This document shows positions 51,501-64,000 of a stretch of DNA of 64,000 nt, piece by piece; the stretch's first letter is position 1; every line of letters begins with the position of its first letter. The stretch covers positions 295,367-359,366 of the forward strand of contig RDEW01000045.1 in NCBI GenBank assembly GCA_011109175.1, in the 5' to 3' direction. A model generated the notes under the pieces. That model was not told the origin of the DNA. It saw only the letters and a list, made by a program, of their open reading frames with translations, and did no database searches. Position numbers and translations under genes: made by a program. This DNA is from Dicyema japonicum. Its lineage: Eukaryota > Animalia > Dicyemida.

Positions 51501-53760
51501 TGAACGCTGGAAAAGCTCTATAACAGCCGTCAAAACATATCCAGGGGCAGACTGTGGAACAGACCATCAGCTACTTGTTGCAAAAACTAGGACGAAATTC
51601 AATAACACTTGGAATACCCCCCGAGTAAAGAAATTCGATGTCTCAAATATACCACCAGAATACGTAATGGAAGTTAAGCACAATATTTGATTACTGGATT
51701 TGAACGGAAGGATGCCTGATGAATTATGGAATGATATGCAGTAGGTTATCAGGAACGCTGCAATAAAACATGTCAAATACAAAACGCCGGCCAAGTGCTC
51801 TGAGTGGCTCTCTGACAACACCCAAAACATCGCTAAGGCTCGTAAAGCTGCTAGAGTCTCTGGGAATATAGACGAGACAAGAAAACTTAACTCTGAATTC
51901 AAAAAAACAGTCAGGAAAGATAAAGAAGACTACTGGAGGTTACGCTGCAAAAAATGGAAGATGACTATAAGAGAGGTCACACTAGGAATGCGTATTTACA
52001 ACTAAAAAGATTAAGAACCCCCTTTACGAAAATGATGGGCAAAATCAAGGACAAGGATGGTGTAGAATTGCTAAGCCAACAGAACATCCGAAATCGTTGG
52101 AGAGAATATACGGAACGGCTATATTCAGAAACTGTGTGCCCACCCATATATGCTGATGAAGCAACCTTGGTTGAGGGGCATAAAATCCTTGAGGAGGAAT
52201 GCGTGTGGACCACACGGCAATTAACGGGGAACAAGGTACCAAGGATTGACAACATCTCAAGCGAATTGTTGAAGGCTATACCGGTGACAGCTATCACCAG
52301 TCTATGTCAAAAAATTTGGAAAACTGGTATTTGGCCACGCGAGTGGAAAAGATCTATATTTATTCCAATACCGAAAAAAGGGGATAGCAAGGACTGTTCA
52401 AACTATCGTACAATAGACTTTATTCCCCACGTCTGCAAAATACTTCTAATGATAATACAACATCGTCTAATGCCAAATGCCGAAATGATTCTACCGGATG
52501 TCCAAGCAGGATTCAGGAAGGGACGAGGCACACGTGACCATATAGCAAATGTCCGGTGGATTATGGAGAAAGCCCATGAATCCCAAAAGAGTGTATACAT
52601 GTGCTTCATTGACTATCAGAAAGCTTTTGATTCCGTTATACATGACAAACTGTGGTCCGCTTTAAAAGAATTTGGATTCGATGCCCATCTGATATTGCTT
52701 ATCAAATCTCTTTATAAGGATCAAGAAGCTACTGTTAGAACAGTGTATGGAGATACCGATTGGTTCAAAATTTGTAAAGGAGTAAGACAAGGATGCTTAT
52801 TATTTCCTATCTTATTCAATATTTTTACCGAAATGATCATGATAAATCGGATACTGTATCAAATAACGGGATTAAAATTGGAGGCAGGAACATCAATAAT
52901 TTGCGCTATGCTGACGATACAACCTTACTGGCTGAAAAAGAGGATGGTCTCAGGGAGTTGATTCATGTTGATGACGTCGACCTAATCTCTGAAGACAAAG
53001 AACTCCTGGAGCATGTACTAGAAAAAACACCAGATATACTTGGGAAATGGTTTCTCACCGTGAACAGGGAAAAACAGAACGGACAGAAATAAGACGAATG
53101 AATAACTCACTCGAAGAAAAATAAAGACATACAAAGAAACTTGGCTCCCTATTAGAGATAGTGAAGATATCATACGGAGAAAACCATGACAAACGCGGTA
53201 TTACACAGGGTGAAAAACCTTTGGCTAAAACGGAAAGGGAATAACATAAAACAAAGAATAATGTTATACGACACCTTCATCAAATCAATCCTACTATACA
53301 ACTCTGGGACCTCGGCCACCTATAAAGAGGAATTGGAGAGGCTAGACTCATTTCACAGGAATCATCTAAGAAACATAACTGGAATGTCCTGGCCATCCAT
53401 GATTTCGCGGAATGGACTGTACAATAAGTGTGACTGTACACCATAGCTCTCGTTGAAAACTTTTTGGACACGTCCTGAGGTTGGACCCGATATCCCCTCC
53501 GAATATCGCAATGGAAGATTACTACTCCTCCAATGTAAAACTCTTTCGTGGAAGACCGAGAACTACCCTCCCGGTCGTTCTACAAAACGATCTGAAAGCC
53601 GTGAAGAAAACATTGGCATATGATGACGATCTGGAGTCACTGAGGGACCTAGCAAAGAACAGAAGAACTTGGAACAACCTAACTAATTCTCTTATATATT
53701 TTGCTGCACATGCGGGGCTATAAATATTATGGCTCTCGTGAAAGTGCTAATAATAATAAT
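51500..53760 (+). mobile_element. Chimeric RTE element: BovB-like 5' part joined to 3' part of the 38219-type family
   Basis: YPGADCGTDHQLL, NYRTI, QAGFRKGRGTRDHI, GVRQGC, YADDTT (to about 52950), then ELIHVDDVDL..KWFLTVN..FRGRPRTTLP and (TAA)4 tail. Confidence 0.85.
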
Positions 53761-53764
53761 CCCA

Positions 53765-54020
53765 ACCACGGTAAAATCCAACTAATTATAACGTTCCACA
53801 GGTGACCTAATCTTTGCCCGGTGTTTCCCCCTCATGCCCTAGCATGATCGTACAGAATGGCTTACTGAATGTTCGATACCAGATTCCCGCATTCTGGAGT
53901 CTGGTCTCATAAGAGCCTCTTTAGGCGTTGGTCCTGTTCAGTGATTTTCACAAATCCCACTCTCCGTACTCTGAAATCTCTCTTTTGCATTTCTTTGATC
54001 CGCCTTATATTTGTCCAAGA
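53765..54020 (-). mobile_element. 3' end of LINE family A, tail-to-tail with the RTE
   Basis: Reverse complement aligns with 23690-23960 (WTN.R.I.EMQKR..; TTTTACCGTGGT..GGG 3' UTR). Confidence 0.75.
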
Positions 54021-54369
54021 TATGGACGGAGTCGGGAGATTGGCTAGAAAAAGGTTAAACAGAGCAAAAGATAAAGGAGATCGGGATCTCCGATTGAAAT
54101 ATTTTCGAGACTGAGTCGAACGCTTATTGTATGTCGAATCTTTGTCCTAGTAGGAATTGAAATTGAAATTTATTTCTAAAGACCAAAGTTAAAGACAAAA
54201 ACAAGAAATTATGTGATCCCGGAGAATTTCAATAGGGCTCTCAGCTTAGCCCTGTGGTCTTCCCTCGATCCAACACAAGCACGCAATGGACGAGTGATCC
54301 TCTGGTATCGTTGAGTTTGGCCTCCTTTTCTTCTTATTAAGTCTGCTACACAAGAGGTTTTGGAGAGAT

Positions 54370-55440
54370 GGCTTTGGTCAAGGAAAAAAATAGCCTCGAA
54401 AAGGCTGGAATTTACTCAACCGAGGAAAAACTCCAACTGAAAGCACTGAATGAAAATATAAAGGTCAAAGAACTTAAGATGGAGAAAGCAAATGGTCACG
54501 AGTTCTCACAGCTTTGAACCGAAATGAGACAACATCCCAAGTATGTAAAATCATTCGGGACATATAAAGGGCTGATGATAGACAAATCGACGAATACAGC
54601 CAGAAAAATCTGAATTCCATTATGAAGTATTATGTGAAAATAGCCATAAAGAGAAACGGAAGATCAGGACAGGTCAACTTCCTTTGGAAAAACCTAAGAG
54701 GGACCGCTTATCTTCCTAATTTTCAGAGACGGATGTAAAAGAAGCACTGCTCAATACAAAGACTACCTATTCCCACGGCCTAGATGGAATCCTTGTTATC
54801 CTGCTGAAAAATCTTGGACCGGATGGGATCAGGACCCTTACAAAGATCTATAATTAGTCTTTAAGGGAAAATGAAAACTCACCTACATCCGCCCGATATT
54901 GAAGATGGAAAAACCAAAAAACGACCCGGCATCATTCAGACCGGTATCGTTACTATCTTCAATGTCGAAAATTCTGGAAAAACTAGTTCTTCAGAAGATC
55001 AGAGGAACAATCCCAGAGAAACCATTCCAACACGGATTTAAATCCCTTCACTCGACGGATACCCACCTACTATCCCTGAGTGATTTTATTCGCTCGGGGT
55101 TCACCAACAAACCCAGGCACAAAAAGACAATTCTATGTTCTGTAGACATTCACAAGGCATTCGACTCCATCCCAAAAAAAGACTCATCAAGAATATCTAT
55201 CAGACGGATATACCTGAGAATTTCTAACTCTGGCTGGTGAATTTCCTCAGTGGACGAAAAGGACGAGTCTGTTTGGAAAACCTACGGTCGAGCTCCCGTT
55301 TAATTCCAAATGGAATACCCCAAGGATCTTCTCTGTCCCCTATACTCTTTAACCTTTTTTGAATAATATCCCGACTCGGAGCATGAGGACGAAACTTAAA
55401 ACGTGGCATCATGTGGTCCACCAGACAGAACATCCATGGA
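54370..55440 (+). mobile_element. LINE family A RT fragment
   Basis: DPASFRPVSLLSSMSKILEKL, FQHGFKSLHST, DIHKAFDSI, GIPQGSSLSP; aligns with 22200-23320. Confidence 0.85.
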
Positions 55441-56001
55441 GGCGCTCTGAGTGCGCGTAGCGCACTTCTGAAAAGGACCATTTGCTTTCTTCCACTAGAG
55501 AGTAATGTCACCCCCTGTCGGCGAATTTCTGGAATTGACTTTAGATTTAAATATTTATTAAAAATTAATACAAAATATTGATTTATTAAAACATTAATAA
55601 ATATTAGTTGATAAATAAACTATTAGATTGATTTTTAAATTGATATTTTTAAAATGAATAATCCATACTGAGAACATAAGCCTTATCAACTCACAAAATT
55701 GTGATTTTCTCACGATTTGTCCCAATGCCAATAAAACCATCACTCCTGTCTCCAGAGTTTCGAGACTTTCAAAACCTTTTCTAACTGAAGTGTTATTAAT
55801 GTCTTGAATGTAATAAATATCCCCTTTTAGCAGAAATGTCGAGTAAATATTCCAATAATGACATTTTATGGTTAAATTTAAAGGATAATGTAAATGGTCA
55901 ATAAATTCGATTTAATAGGCTAAAATCGAATGTGCCATAGAAACTTTTCAAAATGATCAATATTATATATATTTATATATCCTTCGTACATCCTTTCTGT
56001 G

Positions 56002-56959
56002 ATGGGCTTGGGACTTCAGAAATGTTTTCTCTGTTTTATAAATTTCCCGACTTTTGTACTCAAGTATATCATTCTGTAGTTGGTTGGTGGAGGAATACTC
56101 GGTATTGGAATCTTTTTCATGATCGGAGATCCCTTAAAGACTATGCTTGCGAGATATGTTCCTTCAAATGATTCACAGATCGTCAACATGGTCACCACGT
56201 TTCATTCACTCTCAATTGTGATCTACATTGGGCTCGGTTTGGGATCACTCCTCTTCATTTCCGGTTTTCTTGGCTGTTGTGGGGCGTTAATGGAAAATAA
56301 AATAATGCTAATAATGGTATTTTTACTTTTCCATATTCCAGTACTCAGCCATTGTGACCCTTATTTTGCTTATTCTGATTCTCGCTGCGGCTGTATTAGG
56401 GGAATGAGAGGCCAAGTAAGATTTCCTTATAGTTAAGATTTTCGGGTTTGCAAAAACATTTCTTCAGAACAACATACTCACTCATTACACAGGAAACATA
56501 ACCAACCCATTCACATTGATTTTTGATTCTATCCAAATTCTGGTAGAGGGATCACTAAACCTAGTTTAACTGTTGTGGAGTACATAATTCCTCTGATTTC
56601 TCTAATTTGCCAAATTGGAACAGATTAATTATTATTGGCAACAGCTCATTAAATTTAACTTTTCCACCCTCGTGTTGCAGATTCAATACGACACTTTCGA
56701 ATATTAGTTCAATTCCAATCAATACTCTAACAAACTGCCTGGTTACCGATCCACTCAATAACCTATATTCAAATGCTAATATTGTTAGTAATGTCCATTA
56801 CCATTAGGGGTGCTTTAGCAAACTGATCTCTATGATTAATCCATATATGAACATCCTCCTTGGGGTTATTGGGGGACTGGCGCTCTTCTGGTAGATCTAA
56901 TTTGTTATGTTTAGATTGTGGTGGATGTCTGTTCCTGCTATATAATCAAGAAAAAATAG
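56002..56959 (+). CDS. Tetraspanin
   Basis: Four hydrophobic segments, GFLGCCGA..EN, EC2 with CCG, PSCC and GC cysteines; five introns of 22-25 nt; two -1 shifts (56399-56402 and 56871-56890). Confidence 0.88.
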
Positions 56960-57008
56960 ATTAGAATACTCAATTAGTTAATAATTAATTTAACTAACAA
57001 TAATTCCG

Positions 57009-59254
57009 TCAGCAACATTTTCTTGTCTTAACTGAGGGGTCAACTGTTAGGCCTTCATTTTTGGGATTTATATTAGATATGAGACTCCTAAATAATTACG
57101 TGGGTAACCTGGCCAAAAAGTCAATAGAGTTTTTGACATTATAATTCGTCTTGGCGCTAACAGGAAAATAAAATGAGTTCATATTTTGTGCCAGTAAAAA
57201 CGCATTGTTTGTGATTTGATCTCTTTTTTCTTTACTGCTCGGCAAATCCACTTTATTCCCTAAAATGATAAACGGATTGGCTGAAGAACTCTAGAACCGT
57301 CAAAGTCAGTGAAACCTTCGCATCTTCTATCCACATTCTCACGTTTTTGAATGATTCTTCAATAGTGACGTCGAACATAATTATTAGGGCATCGGCTCTG
57401 CGGAAATATTGAGTAGTTATGCTTCGAAACCTAAATTTAAACTAAATTCACTTTTCCTGCCCAGCCGTATCCCAGAGTTGAAGCTGGATCTTTTCAGTTT
57501 CCACGTGTATATTTTTCGTTCGGAAATCAATTCCTGTATATAAATTTATTACACATCAACCAATTGTAGGAGCAAACATATCCACAAAATCTCCGTCACA
57601 GAACCGACGGATAAAACTACTTTTTCCAACCCCCGAATCTCCAACTAGCATTACTCTGTATATCTTGTCAACCGTGTGGGTCTATTTTAAGTCAAAACCG
57701 TACCTCCTCGTTGTTAATTGTGATCGATTTAATGAGTTTATTGTCGTAGTCAAATTGACTAAGAATTGGACTTTCACTACAATAATTTTTATTAATATTA
57801 TCAGGGAAACTCAAATCTCCTAATATAAAGTCCTGGGACTGCTCGTAGACGAATTTGTTACTAAAGACATTTAATACGGCTACCCGTCAAAACTGTTTTC
57901 ATAATTGGGGATAATGGATCTTTTCCTCTGATATGCCTCACCCTCTATCGACTGAAATTCAGTTTACTAGTTACTTTTACTTCAAAATATAATTCGGGGG
58001 CTAAAATATTGTACTTTGGTTATTATAGATACTACATAGTTACCGTCACTAATGAGATCTGTTTGATCCATCAATTTCTTGTTCGTGTCTCTAAAATACA
58101 GCCAGTCACGTGCCTTAGAACTTCCAATTGTTCGACCAAATCCACTCGTTCAATCACGATTTTTTCAGACATTTTAATAGCAGCTCTTATATAAGATTGT
58201 CACAAAACTTGGCACGCTCTTTTCGATCAGAGTCTTCCTTGGTTCGCATTTGGTGGATGTAATTCTGGCAGTTTCTGAGATGGTTTTTCCGTTTCATTGA
58301 GTTTGATTCGAGTTGATCCCTTTCCTGTTAATTATAAATATCCACTGAACTTGTTTTATTTGATCACTGACGTATGTAGAGTCCGCCATGTATTTCTTTT
58401 GAATTTTTGATTCCAGCTGATGTAAATAATCGATACTACTTGTAATTGATTTTGCATCAGTTCCTGCAATTGCTGATCTCTGTCACATATTTGGAGTTTA
58501 AAATGCTGTAAAATCATCTCCTTTTCATTTTCTTTCTATTTTCATTAATTCAAACACAACCGCCAGTCTGAAAGAATCAATCTCTTTTTCTAGGTGTTCC
58601 TCCATTTCACTGTAAAGTTGCCGGATTTGCTCTTCGTGTTTGAGAATCAATCTTAACTATAGTTCATGTAACACGTGTTTATTTCAGTTTCCATATTTTC
58701 CAATTTCTTTTGAGAAAGCTCCAATTTGTGTCCAATCTGGTTCACAAAAAGCTCGAAATCTGTCAAAGTTTCACTATCACATCGTTTCAGTTCCTCCCAT
58801 ATGTTGTGAAGTCTTTCCTTACTAGGAGATTATATAAACATAAACTTTCCAAGCAAATCCTTGATTCCCAAGTTCACTAGGGCTTTGGAAAAGACTTTTG
58901 AGTGGAATACTTGCGTTGTTTGGGATCTTCAAGGGGACTAGCCTGTTCCCCTTCACATTCTAACGTTTCCTCTGGTGAATACATCCTTTCTGGTGTCACT
59001 AAAAGAAAAATACCAAATCCATTGATGAATTCTTCGATTGTCAGATAGTCCTTGTTAGTGGTATCTAAAATGTTGAAGATCTTCTCTAAGTTTTCTGGTG
59101 AAATAGATATTCTATCGCCCAGGCAAAATATATTTTGTTTCACAATGTATCCTTTATTATCCTTGTCGCATAGATAAAACAATTCTCTGATCTTTTCTTT
59201 CATAAGCTCTTTAAAATCGGTAGATTCCATCATTTCTTCCTTCTCCCAATTCAT
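57009..59254 (-). CDS. Large Rab with EF-hands and coiled coil (RASEF/CRACR2A/Rab44 family)
   Basis: Two EF-hands ([16 protein letters not shown]), coiled coil ([10 protein letters not shown]), Rab motifs [37 protein letters not shown]; C-terminal CC; one GC-AG intron 58091-58113; two -1 shifts. Confidence 0.9.
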
Positions 59255-59550
59255 TAAATTAGTACGTTCGTATGTAACTTAAAATTCATCATCATCACAG
59301 ATGGCATAATCGAAAATCCAATTAATTTGAATAATAACCACCTGATAATTTGGTAAGAGAAATTTTACTGGTCCAAGTTTATTCGATGGATATTAACGAA
59401 ATATATTTTTTACAATAACGATTTTAATGGAAACAGCTTATCGCTGATTGATTGACCTTATCTTCAAATTCGACAAAATTATTTATTTCTTAATAATTTT
59501 TCAAATTGAGATCATCCTTCAAATTGCATCCTATTAAAAAGTGATCCAGT

Positions 59551-62500
59551 GTGACAAAAAAACAGAGGTTTTTTATATTCACCGAAAACTTTAATTTAAT
59601 GTCAAGTTTTACGATTCTTAAATCATCTATAAAACTACAAACCACCATTATAAAGAAAATAGAGTGGAGCGCTACAAGGAAACTTATGCAGAGCAAGTCA
59701 GAAGTTTCCGAGACGGTATCTCAGGAAGCGGTCAAGAAAACACAAGAGATAATGAGGACCAATATATCACATACTCAGGATGGGTCGGTGGAGCGGAGCG
59801 CTACGTGGAAACTTAAGCAGAACAAAGTAGTAGTCTCCGAGACAGTGTCTCGGGAGCTAAATGAAATTATCGCACGTCTGAACAGTTTATGTACACTGCT
59901 GAAAGTGGATTTATAGAGTCTGGTGAACTTAGAAATGGAGAGCGCAGGCCACCAATAAAAACTATGAAAAGGAATTTGAAAGTAGTGCTGGTGAATGCCC
60001 ACTCCCTGGTGAAAAGGCATGATGAACTAGCGCTACTTGTGAGGAATGCCAAAGTGGATATTTTGGTAGTTAACGAAACGAAAATCAAACACGGAAGAAA
60101 GTATAATATGGAAGGATATGACTCGGTGGAGATTCCATGGAAAGATGGAGCAGTGGCTGGAACTGGAACCTCGATTTTTTTCGTAAAGAATTGCAAACAC
60201 TGAACGACTGTATTGTATTGGCCGACGATTCGGAATTCGTGTCCGTCGATATACAATGTGGAGGACATGGATAAGCGTGGGAGAGCTATACTCTAAGGAC
60301 TTGGCCCGATCTTCTGCGAAAATTGTTCAATTTTTCGAAACAAACCCTATGTCGATTTTGGTAGGAGACCTGAATGCTAAGAATACGAGCTACGGATGTT
60401 GCAAAAACAACGGGGACGGGCGACTCCTAACGAAATTGGAGTTAACGTCTTGACGTCTGAGGAACCTAACCATTTCTCACACTATGACGGTGACATGCTT
60501 GGATTGGCCCTAGTGTCTCCACAACTCCTGGTGATGTAGACAGACCAAGATTACTTTGGGACATAGGGAGTGATCATATCCCTCAGGAAGTAACTATAAA
60601 CCTGGAGCCGAACATTGCTGAAGATATTTTCTTATACTTTGATACCTTGTCGATAGAATGGGTACATTATCGTCATTATTTGTCGAAGACCTTACTAATG
60701 AAGACTAATTTCTTTTCTATACCTAATGAGCTAGACGTTTTCAACTGGGAACTATCCAATACTATGCTGATGTATCTACGACTATATGGAAAGAAGGTCT
60801 ACTCCAAGAGCTTTCTGAAGAACAAACAGTCTTGCCCACTTTCAATACGAGATCTTATTCGCGAGAGGAATACTCTGAAGGCGAAGCACAGACGATGTGT
60901 TGATTTGTGAAACAGGAAAACTCTGAAAAGTAGAATTGATGTGATTCAAAAAATATTACAAAAAGCTTGGAAAGTAAACGCCGAAAATAAATTGAAGAAT
61001 GCAGCCTCGAAAGTTAACTGGAAGAACCCTTGTTTCTGGAAAATGTACAAAAGGGTAACTAATGGAAATTTAAAGGCAAAAAATATCAAGAGGGAAGGAC
61101 AATTCCCTTGGAAAGTGTACCTTCAGTATTCAGAAAACAACTGGAAAATATACAGGGAGTTGACCCTGTTAGTATTATACCTGAAAAATTTTCAGAGGAG
61201 ATATCTAATTCTATGGATCACTTTATGGGGGATCTGGAAAGTTTGATAGAGGAAATCACTCTGGCAGAAGTCAGAACTGCTATACGCGAGTGCAAAAACA
61301 AAGCTCCCGGATTCGATAGTATTCCCATGATTATGTTTAAAGAAGGGTCTGATGAACTACTATTTGTTCTACAAAAGATGTGTAACTCGAGTTTTAAGCT
61401 CGGACATGTTCCTCCGTTATGGAAGCGTTCTATTGTGAAGATGATCCTCAAACCTGGAAAGTCGAGGAAGGATCCTCTTAGTTATAGGCCAATAAGCCTT
61501 ATATGTTCTACATCAAATATTATGGAACGGATTGTATTTAAGAGATTGAATCGGTATATAGAAGAGAGTAACTTTCTACGACCTTACCAATAGAGTTTTC
61601 GTCCGGGAAGATCGTATGGAAATTGTATTCACTCACTAAACTACGAAATTATAAATACATTTGAGAAGAAAAGCCAGTTGAGCCTTATTTGCCTTGACAT
61701 ATCAAAGGTGTTCGACAGTACACAAGGCTTTATTTTGTCAGTACGTTCTAAAATATCTAAAAAATGTTTCTATGGCTGAAGGACTATTTAACTGGGAGGA
61801 TATTCTCACGTGGTAGTCGGTGGAAGATATTAGTTTGAAAGGGGAGTTCCACAGGAATCTATTCTAAGCCCCCTGTTATTTAACATATTTATGGAAGATT
61901 TTCCGTCACCGCAAGACGTCAGGACCAAGCTGATGATATTCGCGGACGACATCTTAATCCTGGATTCGTCTCTGAAGGCATACCTCTCAGAGCGGCGACT
62001 AGGAGCTTTTGTCGACGAAGTCCAGGGTTGGTGCGATCGGAGAGGCATGAAACTCTCCACGGAAAAATCCAGTTACTTGAGGATAAGCAGGCCGAGTAGG
62101 CATCAGGAAGAGCCCTACATTCTTAGTATACCGAGAGTTTCATCCCTGAAATACCTGGGGATTGCAGTAAATGGGAGAGGATCATACCTGAAGGACATCG
62201 AAGAGCGAAGGAAGAAGGCTTTGCAAACACTGTTCTGCACTAGAAGACTAAAGTTGGATGTTGATACCATGCTCTTTGTCATTCGGAATGTGATTCTTCC
62301 CAGACTTATTTACGGAATCGAGGGATGGATCTACACCCCCAGAGAAGATTCTCGCCCTACTAAAGAAAACAAGGCGAGCGGCGATCAAACTATCCCTTGG
62401 GAAGAAATTGTACGAAGGCCTGATTGAAAAAGAGAACAAACTTGTCATGCCAGTAAGGGAGGATATTCAAATCAGGATGCTTAACTAACTAGACAAGTAA

Positions 62501-62620
62501 TTGGATGGATATCAAGGAAAAGGAATACCCGGATGAACAGTCCAAATCAACCGACGGACTGATAGATACCTATTCCATAACTTGTTGTTTTTATTCATTT
62601 TCATTTCATAAAGAAAATAT
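59551..62620 (+). mobile_element. Jockey-like LINE family B, near full-length (ORF1 end, APE, RT)
   Basis: LVNAHSL, VNETKI, GDLNAKN, SDH; APGFDSIP, YRPISLIC, GVPQESILSPLLF, FADD, KYLGI; many stops and shifts. Confidence 0.88.
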
Positions 62621-64000
62621 ACGTCGTTAGGTGAGGCCCTTACTTCTGTCAGATCTCATCAAATTTCTCTTATGTTCAGAATCATATGTACTCCCCTGTC
62701 ACCTAATAAAACGTATTTTCCTCAATTTTATTTTTTTTGGTTCTAGAGAACTGCTATTCATTGAGGTCATGGCTGATAGAAGGAAAAGAAAACGAATGAG
62801 TGGCTATTAAAAAAAACATTTTTCTAGGGTTTTGAGGGAATTCTACCCTTCACTCGTAGATGGGTTAGGTGGAGGGCCACTGAGGAGTAACTTTTTGAGG
62901 AAGTCTTTTTCAGATCATCCAGTCCAGGGGTTCCCAAACTTATTCAGGTCATCGCTTCCTTTAACAAATTTTTAAAAATATCACCCATTCGGAAAACCTA
63001 TATGGTAGCGAGTTGGAAATAAAAAATTTAATAATTAATGTGAACAATGATGTTGCAAAAAGTTAGACACAAGTTTCTCAATATTTGGGTTCATGTTTGT
63101 AAGCCTAATTCGTAGATCTCCTCTTTCAACAATGTCCAAGCGGTTTCTCCTTTTGGTAATGAGTTGTAATACAATACTGAAGCCTCTCTCACATTAAGTT
63201 TATTAAATTTAGCAAAAATATTTTTTAAGTAATCCACATCATGTTTAACGGATTTTATTATTATTGGAATATCAATCGGAGGAAATTCCGATATTATTTA
63301 TGGGAAACAAATCTCAACATGACACATCGCAACAAACATGAAAAATATATCGGATGGTGTGAGACAAGAAGCTTTGTCAACTACGGATTCTCGACTTCAA
63401 AAGTTAGAAAAAAGTATAATCACTCTATCTCCATGAAACACCGTATTTGCTAGAATTCAGAGGTTGGCAAAAGGTGTTAAATAATGATGACATGGTTTAT
63501 TAAATAATTTTATTGTTCCACTTTGCTTTTAGTAAGACCCACTTTAAACCTAAAATAGTATAGTTCCGGGCAAATTCGAGAGTTTAAAGATTTGAGAAAT
63601 TCTACAACAGTCCTTGAAAAAATATTGAAGGAAGAAAATTTGCTAAAAGATATGGAAGGAAGAAACTTTGATAATTTAAATAAAAGTTGGTCCATTAATT
63701 CTTATAGTGATATAATATAACAATTAATAAAACTATTCATGTGCATTCAAAGAAGAAAATAGTGTGAACAAACCACGTAATAAAAATAATTAATTGTTAC
63801 TTAATATATTCTAGATAAGCATGTAAATAGTCACAATTGAGGATTATAATTCGCACGTGGTTATCTATTAAAATAAAGGGTTTAATAAGGAAATAATTAA
63901 GGAAGTTAAAAAAATATCCTAATATATACAAAACCAGGAAAAAAGTGCTAATATAATAAATAAATCGAAAAAGCAATTTAATGAAACACGAAGAAAATGA

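Noticed and set aside
53765-55440. Possible second twin-priming inversion (family A tail antisense to family A body)
   Set aside because: About 350 bp of unrelated sequence, including another element's tail, separates the parts, and no flanking TSD was found
590-62448. Many antisense ORFs in the track overlapping RT or host exons
   Set aside because: Shadow ORFs of genuine coding sequence on the opposite strand
62925-62941. hAT/Charlie-like terminus CAGGGGTTCCCAAACT
   Set aside because: No matching inverted end or 8-bp TSD in the window
1-64000. Hammerhead/HDV ribozymes at retroelement 5' ends
   Set aside because: CTGATGA hits lie in coding sequence without the required stems; a structure search (Infernal/RNAMotif) would be needed

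Overview
AT-rich eukaryotic nuclear DNA, not prokaryotic. Seven host genes were reconstructed by hand: a minimal AGC-type kinase, a Cu+-ATPase (ATP7), TBCC, a Meis/PKNOX-type TALE homeobox gene, importin-7/8, a tetraspanin and an EF-hand/coiled-coil Rab (RASEF/CRACR2A type). Six are split by ultra-short, mostly 21-27 nt spliceosomal introns; TBCC is intronless. The gene set and intron size suggest a compact-intron animal parasite (dicyemid/myxozoan-like; inference only). More than half of the window is a deeply nested transposon graveyard. It holds four non-LTR groups (CRE and R4/Dong with RLE nucleases; RTE-group and Jockey/I-like with APE nucleases) plus pogo/Tigger, Mutator/Phantom (FLYWCH), Ginger-like integrase, a foldback MITE and hAT scraps. 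Many boundaries are fixed by exact target-site duplications (TSDs). Best leads: virus-like 2A/StopGo peptides at the start of LINE ORF2 (3 copies), a twin-priming-type inversion in a PHD-bearing CRE element, a flip/flop hairpin in Mutator TIRs, a Ginger transposase with host-sized micro-introns, and non-AG acceptors in the kinase. Several host genes have single-base deletions in short runs that look like assembly errors, so single-base claims need read-level confirmation. No CRISPR, rRNA or convincing tRNA was found.
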